Shown piece by piece: positions 12,496-25,961 of a stretch of DNA of 64,000 nucleotides. Every line of letters begins with the position of its first letter. The first letter of the stretch is position 1. The position numbers and the translations under genes were made by a program. Origin of the DNA: Massalongia carnosa (Eukaryota). The notes beneath the pieces were generated by a model, which did not search any database, was not told the origin of the DNA, and was given only the letters and a program-made list of their open reading frames with translations. The stretch covers positions 2,852,001 to 2,916,000 of the forward strand of contig OZ287071.1 in the NCBI GenBank assembly GCA_965645245.1, read 5' to 3'.

Positions 12496-14110
12496 ATGGT
12501 ACGAACCTCCCCAGGATGTATAGAAACCAACGCGTATCGGCTGACTTTGCTTTTCCTTGGAGAACTCTCAGGATTTTGATGATTCGCCTTCCGAGGAAGA
12601 CTTGCCTACATTGACACAACTAAAACGCTCTCGTGCAAAATTTGATGAAAATAACACTTACGGAGACAATAAACGCTCACATCGCCTGTCTTGTGTGGAC
12701 GAGTTGGCTGAATCTAGTACTGGCAACGACTCAAGCGATGAGAGTTTCCAGCCGAGTGTAAATAGTACAGTCATGAATACATGTATCGGGTTCTCACTTA
12801 GAACAGAAAACGCCGATAACTAAGTATGTGGCGAGGACATTACGGGCCGGCGCAGGCCGCGGTATTCAATACAGCTCAAGTTCTCTATCTCGAAGGAGCT
12901 CCTTACGAAGGGAACCGTTCCCCTCGTCTCCACCGAGAAACCCTTCCCGCGCGCTAGATAATATCTTGTCGCCTTCACAAATACGCACTCGTCGGGGTTT
13001 GCCTGCGACACTCTCCTCGCAAACTCTCGAGATCTCAAAGGTCCTCCCGATCAAGTCTACTTCCGGCACAAGGGCTGGCATAACGGAGGACGAGACAGTC
13101 TCCGAAATCCAAAAAAATAGATGCTTATCGTTTACTCTGGGGTGACATATGGAGGCGAACCAAGTTCAACTCTAGCCCTGCTCATCAACTAATACTACGT
13201 GCCATGATTTCCTTTTTTCAACGCTCTGATAACGTCCGGACACGCGGTTGAATTATGTTCGCCTTGGGCGAACACAGAAGCCTCGATTGAGCAAATTAAT
13301 GAGTCGTACTTGGCAGGACCTTGCGAAGCGTCTCGGTGACCTTCCTGGCAACCGGAAAGTCGACGTAGCAAAGCTTCCCACCGCCAAAGAGGCTCGCAGG
13401 GTAGGTGAGGTCTTGCTTACAACGGATTTGTACATATAAAAGCTAATCTGAGACTAGATTTATGATTCGACAACGGATTTTCGCTCTCATATGTTGAGCA
13501 AAGTGAGATTGCTTGTGGCTAACGAATACCCGTTCTCAGTTCAGAGCGACTGTCGAATATTCGTGTCCACTTTGCTAGACGATCTTCATTTTCTGTGCGA
13601 AGATTTATCAACGGTTAATATGTCCTAGTTATCTTGATATAAAGTTTAACTAACTTGCGATTAGGCTCCGAAAAAGCGGTTTCTCGCGCCTATCTTGATA
13701 AAGGCAGTTACTCTAATATTCTTCAATAACGACAATGACTGCAATTATGGACGCAATACCGACACTGCGCATTTGTTCAATCCACTTCGAGGAGAAGTGA
13801 TCGTATCGATAACAACTCTGATTCAACATGCTATTGGAGAGTACGAATACGGGCAAAAAAAGGTACAGGCTTTTGATGGGTCACAGCGAGAGAGTAAGTT
13901 TGTATCAATATAATCATTGCTGAGTTGAGGCATTAATACTGAAAAGAAATCAATACTCGAATGACGAACACCTGGAATCAACAGTTCTCGGAGAGAAAGA
14001 TGTTGTTACAAAGTATCATTCATCGGCGGGTTATGCGTCAGACTAGACAAAGAGATGGAGACTTTTCGGCGGTCACAAAAGCTGTCGAAAATCCACTTGC
14101 CAGTTCTTGA
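12496..14110 (+). pseudogene. Spliced, frameshifted gene with a DUF6532-like fungal domain; may continue to about 14700
   Basis: Frame-preserving introns at 12758-12824, 13401-13457, 13614-13664 and 13894-13946, some with CTAAC/CTAAT-type branch sites. Peptide RFLAPILIKAVTLIFF..YG..LFNPLRGEVIVSITTLIQHAIGEYEYG..F recalls DUF6532. Frameshifts near 13115 and 13245. Confidence 0.5.
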
Positions 14111-14933
14111 CGATCATAGAAGGAAACCTCTTCACCTAGACCGCCGCAGTTGATGAGCCACGAGGTACGCAATCTTATTAACCGCGTTCAAACGTGGTAT
14201 TAACATCTCTCCTAGAATTCTTCGCAACGTGGACCCTCACAATTAAAGCACAGCGCATCAAGTTCATCCTTCGTAAGTATTCGCTTTGTTTGTAGAATAT
14301 CTGTTAGTCTAACAATTGCGTTGGAAACAGATTAACGACAAGATATCGTCAACTCCAACTCCACTCGCGCAAGACGCAATCGTGACGACAGATTCGGGTC
14401 AAGAAGATGCGGTAGATTACGATTTACGCATGGGAAAAGACGGGCGGATTCGGATGAGGTATGATAAAACGTGGAAGGAGAGGCAGACTGCTGTGGGAAT
14501 GAAAGATGGAGAGTCGTTCTGGTATACTGTATCAACAATCCCAAGGCCGTATTGAGCTTTGAGGAGGAATAGAGTTCGTTTTTGGATCGGGTGGAACAGG
14601 TGCATAGAGTAATGATACGAAGAGGAAACTGGACGCATTCTCAAGCAGATGAAGACTCTGCGAGGGAGGACGACAATATGGGAGAACTTACATAACATTA
14701 TTTAAACCAAATCTTGATAATTTACTCGACTGGTGTATCTTTATCGTCGTATCTTGCAGCATCAAGCGCTCGAAAAGGAAACAAAAACAGTGCATTTTGA
14801 CATTGTAGGGGGGTGGAGCGGTGATACTCTAAATTCAAATTGCTAGCGGTTCGGGAGTTGGTTCTTTTCGGCTGATACTCGGTAAAGGTAGCGGGAAGTT
14901 AGGTGACAGTATTTCTTTTAGTTTAGTTATAGA

Positions 14934-17900
14934 TGTCGATATTAATAGACCGTGGTTCAAGCCAATTCCCGAAGTAAGATCCTGTTGAAGGAAAAGCACG
15001 TGATTTCGGACTAATAACCGAGGCCTCGATCTTTCAGATGCTATTTCTTTCTATGCCATAGATCTGATTTCTAATACTCAATGATTTCAAAGCATTGTAC
15101 CTCGCATGGGTTCCGGATCACTAATGATCTATTAGTAAATAGAAGTGGCTGGAAGATATCTAGATTATGAAAGAATGTGGCGAAATGGTCTATATAGCTA
15201 GCTAGAATTTCCAGTTTAGATAGACAAGGAGAACATCATTTTCCAGATCAATAAGAACGGTCCGACAGTTATGAGCCCGGCTTCCTAATCGCTGCATTCA
15301 TCGATCAGTATCCCCAAGTTCTTATTGACCTTTATTGTTACTTCTTCCATCTTCTTTGGACAATCGAACAGAAGATGTCTTTCTCTACCTTGCCCGCTTC
15401 TAGTCAGAAAACCGTGGTAGTCCTCAAGGAGCCCGGTGACTGGGATGAATAGATCCTTATCGTGGAGTCCATGGCCAAGCGAGGTGGAATCGAGCAGTAT
15501 GTGGACCTGGCGAAACCTGAGCCAGACGAGCCAATCAGACCCATTACCCCTACCTTCTCTTCCATGAAAGCAGGTGCCGTGTCATCCGAGGACTTAACCG
15601 AGGGACAGCGACGGGATCTGATATTGCGAAGAGAGGATCATAGAGAAGACTTGCGTACGTATCGGGAGAAGACCGAAGCCCTAAAAAACCTGGAAGCATA
15701 TATATTGACCACCGTGGATCGGACCAATTTGTTATATCTCAGGGGACAGGACTCGATATATAAGAAGTTATCAGCTCTAAAGAAGAGGCTTGCACCGACG
15801 GACCGGATCCGAGAACTCGAAGTTATTCGGAAATATAAGGACCTACAACGTGCCCCCAAGAGTCAGCAACTGGATCACAGGTTGTTGGAATGGGAGAAAG
15901 TCTATGCAGAAGCGGATAGACTGAAAATTCCGGACGTTCAGGGACATAGATGCATTTATGATTTCTTGAATGCGCTAAGGACAGTGGACGGTTCGTTTGT
16001 GGCCGGTAGAGAGGCCATATTACAGTATAAAATTCATCGGAATGAGGAAGATTTCTCGATAAGGGATCTTCTGGAAGAATTCCGGAATAATTTGCGAACC
16101 GCCAGGGCCCTAGATAGCAAGGGGGCTACCCATTCGGCATTTGCAACATTTCAAGGATCTGACCAATCAGATCAAGAAAAATCGAACTCGACAATGAGTC
16201 AAAAATCAGCTCAGGGATCTAACTCGGACCAAGGAAATTCCGAGAAGAAGTGCATATGTGGCAAGAAGCACCGCTTCAAGGATTGCTACTATTTGCTCAA
16301 GGACCTGAGGCCAGAGGGGTGGACCCCGGATAAGAGCATTGAGAAAATAATAGAAGAAAAGCTAGCTAAGAATCATCGGCTAGATAAGATCATCAAGTCG
16401 GTCCGAGATAAGCACGCAAAACAAGTCGAAAAAGTCGGAAGGGAAGAGAAATCGTCTTCAGAAAAATCCGATCCTGCAGCATTTGCAGTTTCGATAGTGC
16501 CTGCCGGATCATCAGTCTCGATCTTGCCTGCCGCACCACCTAGATCGTTTTCAACGTTTGCAGTTGCTTCCGAACCGGAGCCACATAGGTTGGTCAACTG
16601 TTGGACCCTGGATTGCGGAACAGACATTCATGTATGCAATGATCCGGAGCGGTTTCAGTTGACGCGTACAGCAAACACTGATGACAAGCTCATGGCCGGA
16701 AAAACCGTTTATAGCATAGATGGATATGGAAGGGTAGATATCACGGCACAAGGACCTCATGGGCCGGTGCCAATCAGGCTTCTAGATGTGGCGCTATCCT
16801 CAGGATTTTTCACCAATTTGGTGTGCCTAAGCAAGCTAACAAAGAAGGGGGTTCACTGGGACACCGAACATTCTCATCTGCATCAGAAGGGAAAGACGTT
16901 CTGCCGCACCAAGCAAATAGGGGGCCATTGGGTGATAGAAGACAACCCACCAACGGTAAGGTCACATAGAGCATTTGCGGCCAGTACCAGTCCGAAACCG
17001 GAATTGATAGCGACGGGAAAAGAGTGGCACGAGATGCTCGGTCATCCTGGACCGGAAACAATTTCTCACCTCGAAAAGGGGGTAGATGGAGTTAAGGTAA
17101 CAGTACCCGAGTCAGCACCGAATACGATGCAATGCGAGACATGCTCGCTGACCAAAGCCCATCACCTGATCTCGAGACGTTCGGGACAGGAAGAGCCAGC
17201 GAATTTTCCGCTCGGTCGAGTAGGGTATGACCTTATTCAGCTGACTGAAGCATACAACGGGGACAACTGGGTGAGCCACTTCAGGTGTTTTTATACCAGT
17301 ATGGACTTCGTCTACACCCATACTCGAAAAAATGATGCTCTAGGGGTGATCAAGGAATTCCTGAAAATGACCAAGACTAGATACGATCAGACCGTTCGGT
17401 TTTTTCGAACAGACGACGAGCGAACCCTCGGCTTAGAATTCGCCGAGTTCATGAAAATGAGAGGTATCACCACCGAAAGATCGGCCCCATATACTCCAGC
17501 ACAAAACGGTCAAACCGAGCGATCTGGGGGGGTACTGGTGATCCGAGCGCGGGCCCTGCGCATAGCAGCAAATTTGCCAGCTAGTATGTGGCCAGAAATA
17601 TTCAAAACGGTTGGTTATCTAAATAACCGGACCCCGAAGAAGATGCTAGGGTGGAAAACACCAATAGATAAATTAACCGGGGAAAAACCGAAACTATCTC
17701 ACCTGCAGCCGTATGGTTGTCGAGCGTTCCCGCTTAATCAGGTGATTCCCAGGAAAGAGAAGCTCGAACCAAGGGCTTTTATTGGATACCTGGTGGGGTA
17801 CGACTCCACTAACATCTTTCGAATATGGATTCCCAGCCGTATGAAAGTCATCCGGACCAGGGATGTAATGTTTGATAAGACAAGATTCTATGAGCCCAAT

Positions 17901-20358
17901 GAGCTCGATATAGGACATTTATTAAACATAACCGTGGAAAACGTGATTCAGGTGTTGGAAGTGCCCGAAAAATCCTTTGCAGGAGTGATGATTGAGCAAG
18001 ACGATGAGGAGGTAGGTCCGAGATTGGACCAAACAACCAATCAACCTAGTGAAACAGAAACGTCAGAAAAGACGATGTTTCCTCATATCGATATGGAAAA
18101 CAATCCTCACTTACCTACCCCTGAAAAGACACCGGAGCGTGATGGTTTGGAAATAAGCTCCGAGCCGGACGTTCAAGGAATGCCAGGTGTTCAATCAACC
18201 GAGGACGGACCGAGCCAGCCGAGACAGTCGGCTAGGCCGAGACGGACGCCTCGGGTGGTAGAGACAACGGATGAATCAATTGCCAGGAACACTAGATCAA
18301 GGAAACAGGCATATGCAATTGCGCTGGCATCAGTCAGCAAGTTAACCCCGTTCCATGCAGCGTTTTCGGTCGGCCTAGAACGGCCACAGGTCGGAACCTT
18401 GAAGAAATTCCATCGGGATGAGATCCCGGTGGAGCCCCGATATTGGAGGCAGATGCTCCATCACCGTTTTTCGCAGGAATTCCAGCTAGCGGCCATCAAA
18501 GAGCTCACCGAGCTTGAAAAGCGTGGTACGTACGAGCTAGTGGAAAAGGTTCAGGGACAGGACCGGATACCACTCACCTGGGTATTTAAGTATAAGCATG
18601 ACACCGACGGCTATGTTGAGAAATTCAAGGCCCGTTTATGTGTACAAGGAGATCTTCAGATGACTCAGCAAGATACGTATGCTGCAACATTGGCAGCGAG
18701 AACGTTTCGAGCTCTAATGGCTATTTCAGCTGCATTTGACCTTGATATCTACCAGTATGATGCGGTCAGTGCTTTCATAAATAGCCCGATTGATGAGGAA
18801 ATCTTTTGTGAGTGTCCAGAAGGTTTTGACAAGCCCGGATACTGTTGGAAGCTTAGGAAAGCTCTGTACGGATTAAAACAAGCACCGATTCTATGGTATA
18901 AGCTCCTAACCATGGCCCTAGAGGAACTCGGACTAGCGCCAGTCCCAGGGGTCAACTGTTTATTTGCCAATGAGTGGATTATCCTATTCTTCTATGTCGA
19001 TGACATTGTGGTCATATGCAGGAAGCATAATTCGGACAAATTACAAGAATTTGAGAAAGCTCTCCTGAAACGATTCGAAATGCATGCTCTAGGGGAATTG
19101 AAATGGTTTCTCGGTATAAGGATTACCCGAGACCGAGCAAATAAGAAGATATGGTTATGTCAGGACTCATACATTACCAAAATGGCTGCGAAATTTAATC
19201 AGCACGGGGAAACCGCGAAAACACCACTGACAGTGGTGCCTACAGCCAATGAAAACGAGCAAAAAGCAGACAGTCAACGTATATATGCGTACCAGCAACG
19301 GGTAGGTTCATTGAACTTCGCAGCGGTAATATCCCGGCCCGATATAGCTTTTGCAACTGCAAAATTAGCTCAATTCTTACAAAACCCGTGCCCGGATCAT
19401 CTGTCTGCGGCCGATCGGGTTATTGCTTATCTAAATGGGACTAAAAACCTGGCTATAGAATATTACGGTCATCAGAAAACTGACATTCTGATGTGTGCTA
19501 GCGATGCAGCGTTTGCTGATGATGAGTTGACTCGAAGAAGCTCCGATGGTTACCTTTTTCAGCTGTATGGTGGACCAATAGACTGGCGAGCAGCTAAACA
19601 AGCCACAGTCACCACATCGAGCACTGAAGCCGAGTTGCTAGCCCTGTCTCGGACCGCCAAGGAAGCTATGTGGTGGAAACGGTTTTTTCAAGCCATTCGG
19701 TTCAATCCCATGGAAAAGTTGCACATTCGGTGCGATAATCGCCAGACCCTCAGAATCCTAGATAAAGAGATGTTGAAGCTAGATACTAAGCTTCGGCATG
19801 TGGATATACATCGTCACTGGTTAAGGCAAGAAGTTCAAGCTGGTCGTATAAACGTCAGTTGGATGCCCACAGCGGAAATGCCTGCCGACGGATTTACCAA
19901 GGTCTTACCTCGTCAGAAACATGACGATTTCATCAAACAGCTGCATTTGACTGACATATCAGTCATACTGGCTAATCCAGGTCAGGAAGCAGCTTCAGCA
20001 TAGTATGCTAAATCTGGGGGGGTATGTCGATATTAATAGACCGTGGTTCAAGCCAATTCCCGAAGTAAGATCCTGTTGAAGGAAAAGCACGTGATTTCGG
20101 ACTAATAACCGAGGCCTCGATCTTTCAGATGCTATTTCTTTCTATGCCATAGATCTGATTTCTAATACTCAATGATTTCAAAGCATTGTACCTCGCATGG
20201 GTTCCGGATCACTAATGATCTATTAGTAAATAGAAGTGGCTGGAAGATATCTAGATTATGAAAGAATGTGGCGAAATGGTCTATATAGCTAGCTAGAATT
20301 TCCAGTTTAGATAGACAAGGAGAACATCATTTTCCAGATCAATAAGAACGGTCCGACA
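14934..20358 (+). mobile_element. Full-length Ty1/copia element (copia-2)
   Basis: 334-bp LTRs 14934-15267 and 20025-20358, identical by eye. TSD ATAGA, PBS GTTATGAGCCCGG, G-rich PPT before 20025. Confidence 0.98.
15375..20003 (+). pseudogene. gag-pol: copia gag-pol (PR-IN-RT-RH) with one premature TAG at 15450
   Basis: ATG 15375 is in frame with the 1513-aa ORF. Motifs LDCGT, WHEMLGH..C..C, NGQTER, YVDD and MPADGFTK. Confidence 0.93.
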
Positions 20359-21532
20359 ATAGATAATTCTTTTCCTTTTAGAGCAAGCATGCTCGTAGCA
20401 ATAACTACAACACATAGCATCAACACATACAGTTCACAGGCACGAGGCATCAGGCACGAGGCGCGAGGCTTACAGTGATCAGTCTAGCTATTGTTCTTAT
20501 TCTATTGTTCTCTTCGTCTCTTGTTTGTTTGTTCTCTTGCACTCCTAGCTGTAGTGGACCACGCACATAACCCAGTTTATCCTTCCACAAAATACGCAAG
20601 ATTTGTTACAATCGTTACTAAAACAACAAGTTAATTAATGAAATTATTGGATCAAATGCTTATAATAACACAAAAGAGTCAATAAAGCAATTATCATCAT
20701 TGGACAAAGAATGGTAAAGGTAATCAATAGTCAAAGAGCAGCTGTTTACAGGTCTAATGTTCGACTAATCGTCGGCTCGCTTAGCTCCGTGGATCCGACT
20801 AAAATGCGAAAGCATTTTAGTCGGGGAAAGCGGTGCATCCCGGAAAGCGGTGCATCCAGCCAAAATCATCAAATTTTCATCTTTTTCACCTTTTACCCTC
20901 AATCATCTGAATAACTACCTTGATTATTGACGATTTAATCACCTCATATTGATAAGTATAGCCTTCCGAGCATTTATTCCTAAAATAACTAGTTATTTCA
21001 TCGGATTATCGCATATTCAGCTTTTCTATTCGTCTTCAATCATCCTTTTTATCTATAAGTCTTAACCCACTCCATGAACAGTAACGCCCCCATTCTCAAT
21101 CCCATGGAGGAAGCGAAGCAATTTCTGAAGACAAATCCCAAAGAAACCGAGATGACTGCATCTAGACTTTTCTACGTTAACGTTAAAACGTTGACTTCTT
21201 CCATTCGTCGTTGTTCGGGAGTGAAAAATGGAGGACAAAATCAGATATTGAGAGATCATGAAACAAAGGGTATCAATGGTTATATTCAATCTTTGTTGGT
21301 GCAAGGAATTCTACCTACGCATCAAATCGTTTTTAATGCCAATGTAAGCTTGAAAAAAGCTCATAATCCCCTCGATGTAGGGCCGTCAAGACGATTGTTT
21401 CGGGATCGGTGTGTTATGATCTACCTAGAGACTAGTCATAGGGACACTAGAAACGAATACAATAAAGATGAAGAAGGAAAAAGACAACGGACAACCAGAA
21501 CCTGCACCTATATATCCTCTACTGCGCTAGTA

Positions 21533-22856
21533 CAAATCGGGTCTAGGAAGTCAGCAAACACTTCGCTTAATTTCCCCTCATCTAAATTCCCCCCTTACTT
21601 CACCCCCCCCTTTCTACATCAATTTTCATCTGATCAACGAAATGCCTTCTAAACCCAAGACGGCCAAACGTGAATACTCGTCTGAAACCATTGCTATCGT
21701 TGTAAGCCTTCATGAAGTCCACTTATCCTATGCTGAAATAGCCCGTCAAGTTCGGCTGGCCCGTTCCACCGTAGTCACCATAGTTCATAGAGCTAAGAGA
21801 CAAGCCGACGCCTCTTCCGTTCCCAAAAAACGTACTGGTCGGCCAACCAAGCTAAATGTCCGTGCCAGACGGGCATTGATTCGCCATGTTGAGAAAAATC
21901 CACACGATAATTTGCTGGCCCTGACTACCCCTTCCAATCGGGTCAAAAGCTCTCTCGCGTCACCGTACGAAAATATCTGAAGCTCGGTTGCTATTTCCGT
22001 TTCAGGGCTAGAAAAAAGCCGTTCCTATCAGCACGTCACAAAGCAATCAGGCTAAAATGGGGCAAGGAGCATAAGCATTGGACGGTAGAAGATTGGGGCC
22101 GAGTTATATGGACAGATGAAGCTACGTTTGAAACTGGTTTAGACACTCGCTCGTGCTACGTCACGAGAGGAAAAGGCAAGGCCATGGAGTCTAGATATCT
22201 GAAGCCTACATTCAAAAGCGGACGAAGCACTGTGGGCGTCTGGGCTAGCATACGATTGGGTGAAAAAGGCCCTATGCTCGTTTTGAATAAGGGGAGACGA
22301 ATGAATTCAGATATCTACATTGACGAGGTGCTACGGCCTTTAGGGCTCTCGTTTTATGAAGCATGCTTGACTAGGCGAGGTTTGACGATCTGGATGGATG
22401 ACGGAGCCAGCTATCATACTTCGAAAAAGGTGATTGATTGGGGAAGACGAAACGGGCTTTTACGCATGGATTGGCCACCTCAGTCACCCGATTTGAATCC
22501 CATTGAGAATCTCTGGCGTATTATCAAAATACGGGTCAGTGCCCGTCGTCACCAAATCCATACAATTGAGGCCATGGAGCAGGCTATTCGGGAGGAATGG
22601 GAGCTGTTGACTGAGGAGGACTTCAGACGGTGCATTGAGAGCATGCCTGAGCGTATTCGCTTTCTTATTAAGGCTAAAGGGGGTTCTATTAAATACTGAT
22701 AACTTAATCTTCTTCAGCATACAGTATTTGACGAAATATGTAGGTTTCAAAGCATCAAGTTGGAAATTGATTGATTGGGGTGATTTTCATCATTAGGGGT
22801 GAGGGGTAAAATGGGGGTGGAACGTGCGCTGTTCGGTCACTTCCTAGACCCGACTG
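21533..22856 (+). mobile_element. Tc1-like transposon (1324 bp); transposase 21642-22699 with a frameshift
   Basis: TIR CA(AA/G)TCGGGTCTAGGAAGT, TA TSD. HTH N-terminus and motifs WTDE, MDDGASYH and WPPQSPDLNPIENLW. Confidence 0.95.
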
Positions 22857-23174
22857 TACCCATTTGGTATAGCAGTCATGGAACCTTCTAGCAGCTGCGG
22901 GAACGAAATCGAATGCGCCTGCGTGTTCCATCTACGATTGCCCTAGGCGGTGCCGAGTGCCGAGGTCGTGCCGTGTAGAATCGTGACACTACCCTTCGCT
23001 TTAAATCGCGATCACCTGAGCGCGAACTAGGCGGTGCAAGCGGTGCAGGCAGTCAGTAGTCAGCGGTGAAACTGGTTCATTAGCTGAAGTGCTTCCGATT
23101 CTTTGCCAAGGTTTCCCGTGTCTTTCCTAGCTCTTTCGTCGATTTTCCGGTAATTTCGGTGCAGTCAGTGCTTT

Positions 23175-23725
23175 GGTGTCTGGGGTCTGGTGTCTGGTGT
23201 CTGGTGCCTGCTGTCTGGTTTCTGGTGTCTGGTGTCTGGTGGTTCTGGTTCTGGTTCTGGTTCTGGTTCGTACGACTGGCCTAACTAGTGCAAGGGTCGC
23301 TCGTTGTCGTTCCGATGTGGGGTTCTTTTACATCCGCCACCGAGGATGGTTCTTCTGGGTCTGGGTGGTTCTGAAGGTTCTGGTGGTTCTGGTTCGTACG
23401 ACTGGCCTAGTGCAAGGGTCGCTCGTTGTCGTTCCGATGTGGGTTTCTTTTACATCCGCCACCGAGGATGGTTCTTCTGGGTTCGGATTCTGGGTCTGGG
23501 TGCCACGCTGTAGGGGTGGCGGCCTTCTGGTTCGGGTTCTGGGTCTGGGTGCCGCGCTGTAGGGGTGGCGGCCTTCTGGTTCTGGTTCTGGTTCTGGGTG
23601 CCACGCTGTAGGGGTGGCGGCCTTCTGGTTCTGGTGGTTCTGGCTCTGGTTCGTACGACTTGCCTAATGAAAGGGTCGTTCTTTCTTCAGTCCTCGATTC
23701 GGTGAGTTCTTTTACATCCCTCACG
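23175..23725. repeat. Compound tandem repeats in the non-autonomous LTR element
   Basis: (TCTGGT)n hexamers; three 49-bp-period copies of GGGTGCCACGCTGTAGGGGTGGCGGCCTTCTGGTT; two close copies and one diverged copy of a block starting CTGGTTCGTACGACT. Confidence 0.9.
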
Positions 23726-25961
23726 TAGGATAATAGATGAAGACGATCTTTATTGTAATGTTATGATCTACCTAGAGACTAGTCATAGGGACACTAGAAA
23801 CGAATACAATAAAGATGAAGAAGGAAAAAGACAATCGACAACCAGAACCTGCACCTATATATCCTCTACTGCGCTAGTACCCATGTGGTATAGCAGTCAT
23901 GGAACCTTCTAGCAGCTGCGGGAACGAAATCGAATGCGCCTGCGTGTTCCATCTACGATTGCCCTAGGCGGTGCCGAGTGCCGAGGTCGTGCCGTGTAGA
24001 ATCGTGACATGGTGGAAGCGTAGCAATTTGCATAAAATCAAGACAAAACCATTGTCCATGATCCGATTTGAAGCCGCTCAGGAAGCGGATGTGACCAGAT
24101 GGTTTGCTGATTATAGGCATGAATTGAAAACACTGAATATTCGAAAAAGACGAAATATTCTGAATTTTGATGAAGCTGGCTTCCGCATTGGGTGCATGAG
24201 AGGACAGGAAATTCTTGTTCCCATGGAAATTAAACAATTCTACGCGGTCAGCCTGGAAACCGTAGATCGGCGACGATTATCGAGACAATCAATGCTGCCG
24301 GCGACTATCCCCCCCCTCCAATGGTCATCATACAAGGTCATGATATCATGGCCATATGGTTTCGGATGATCTGCCACAGGGTACGCATATCGTGCCTTCG
24401 GACAGTGGATTTACATCTGATAAGATAGCAGTTGAATACCTGAAGCTGTTTATCAAGAATTCAGATGCAGGACCGAATGCGGATTGGAAATTGTGGCTTA
24501 TGGATAATCACGGCAGTAATATTACTCCTGAATTTGTTGCTTTGGCCAATAAAAATCACATTCGTCCTTATCCACTAATTCCGCATTTAACCCACAGTAT
24601 ATAGCCATTGGATTTGGGTGTATTTCACCCCTATAAGCATTGGCATAATGTGACTATTCAAGAGACTATATCGGAATCATTTATTGAGTATTCCCTGACG
24701 CAATTCCTGAAGGATTTGGTCAAAATCAGGAATAATACCTTCAAACCATCCACTATTCGACATGCATTTGAAAAGTCGGGCATGTGGCCTGTTAATCCAA
24801 AAGCATACATTCAACAGCTGAAAACCTTCAATCCCAACAATCCAAACAATCTGACTGAGATTCTGACCGAGACGAATAATGATAATCAGCTCCCATTACC
24901 CCCCCTACCTCGTCAAATCCAACCAAGGGAAATAGCCGGCAAAGAATATGGATTAGATTATCAATGGGGACAAAAATTCAGGAATCTATGCTATGGAGTG
25001 ACCCCATTCGGGCTGAGGAATTTGACTCATTCGTTATCAATGCAAAAGAAGTTATTTCGAACTCGATTCTCAAGGAAACGGAGCTGAAAATGTGGCAACA
25101 GACACGAATGCAACAGTTAAACAGTAGAAAATTTTCTCGCAAACGACTGAGACCTGATTCAGGAAATTGGGACTGACTAAGGAAGATGCGGAGCATGCCT
25201 TAACCATGAAGCTACAACACGAAAAAAAGGCTGAAAAGAAACGAGTGGACAATAAGTTTATGAAGATATGGAGAATGGAAAGAGACGAAATTCACGTCAA
25301 GGGAATGGCTGCTCGAAAAGCAGAAAGGGATCGAGTCAAACGATTAAAAGAAATGACCAAAACCCTCAATCCCATACCAATTGAGTTGAATGAAGCAATT
25401 TCTGATCCCGAGGCCTTATGGAAAGCGACGAATAAGGTGTGGATAGCTGAGGAAGCGAAGAAAGAAGCCAGAAAAAATCCACGTGTCGATGCTACGATGG
25501 ATGAGGAAGAGTCCGCGATTGTAGTAGATGAACAATCATGGGTGCAGAGAGAATTCGGGGGCTCTATCGAGATGCAAAATGATTTCGTATCTTTCATGGA
25601 TGAAGAAGATAAGGAGAATGTGGGGTATGGGGGGAACCGGAAGGATCGGGTGGATCGAAGGGATCAGGGGGGTCGAGGGGATGATTTGATGATGGTTATG
25701 ATAATGACACTATTTATCAAGCTTTGTATGACGTTAGCTAACGATTAACCCAGATGATTGAGAGTAAAAGGTGAAAAAGATGAAAATTTGATGATTTTGG
25801 CTGGATGCACCGCTTTCCCCGACTAAAATGCTTTCGCATTTTAGTCCGATCCACGGAGCTAAGCGAGCCGACGATTATTCGTCAAGCGCCCATGTCAAAC
25901 GTGGGCGCAATCGGCAGTACCTAGAACATTTCGGCTAATTGACTAATGTAGCCTATTAGTC

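Larger units (their letters stand above)
21412..24009 (-). mobile_element. Non-autonomous LTR element (TRIM/LARD-like): 251-bp LTRs, 770-bp non-coding interior
   Basis: LTRs 21412-22988 (split by Tc1) and 23759-24009. TSD CGGTG/TGGTG. PPT-like minus AAAGCGAAGGGTAG next to 22988. Confidence 0.9.
20768..25875 (+). mobile_element. pogo/Fot1-like DNA transposon (pogo-b); degraded transposase 21074-21411 + 24010 to about 25750
   Basis: About 70-bp TIR ATCGTCGGCTCGCTTAGCTCCGTGG.., TA TSD. Motifs NFDEAGF, MDNHGS and PLDLGVF. Confidence 0.95.

Noticed and set aside
23173..23724. Hydrophobic or Pro/Glu-rich ORFs in the non-autonomous element
   Set aside because: Translations of hexamer repeats, with no gag or pol motifs.
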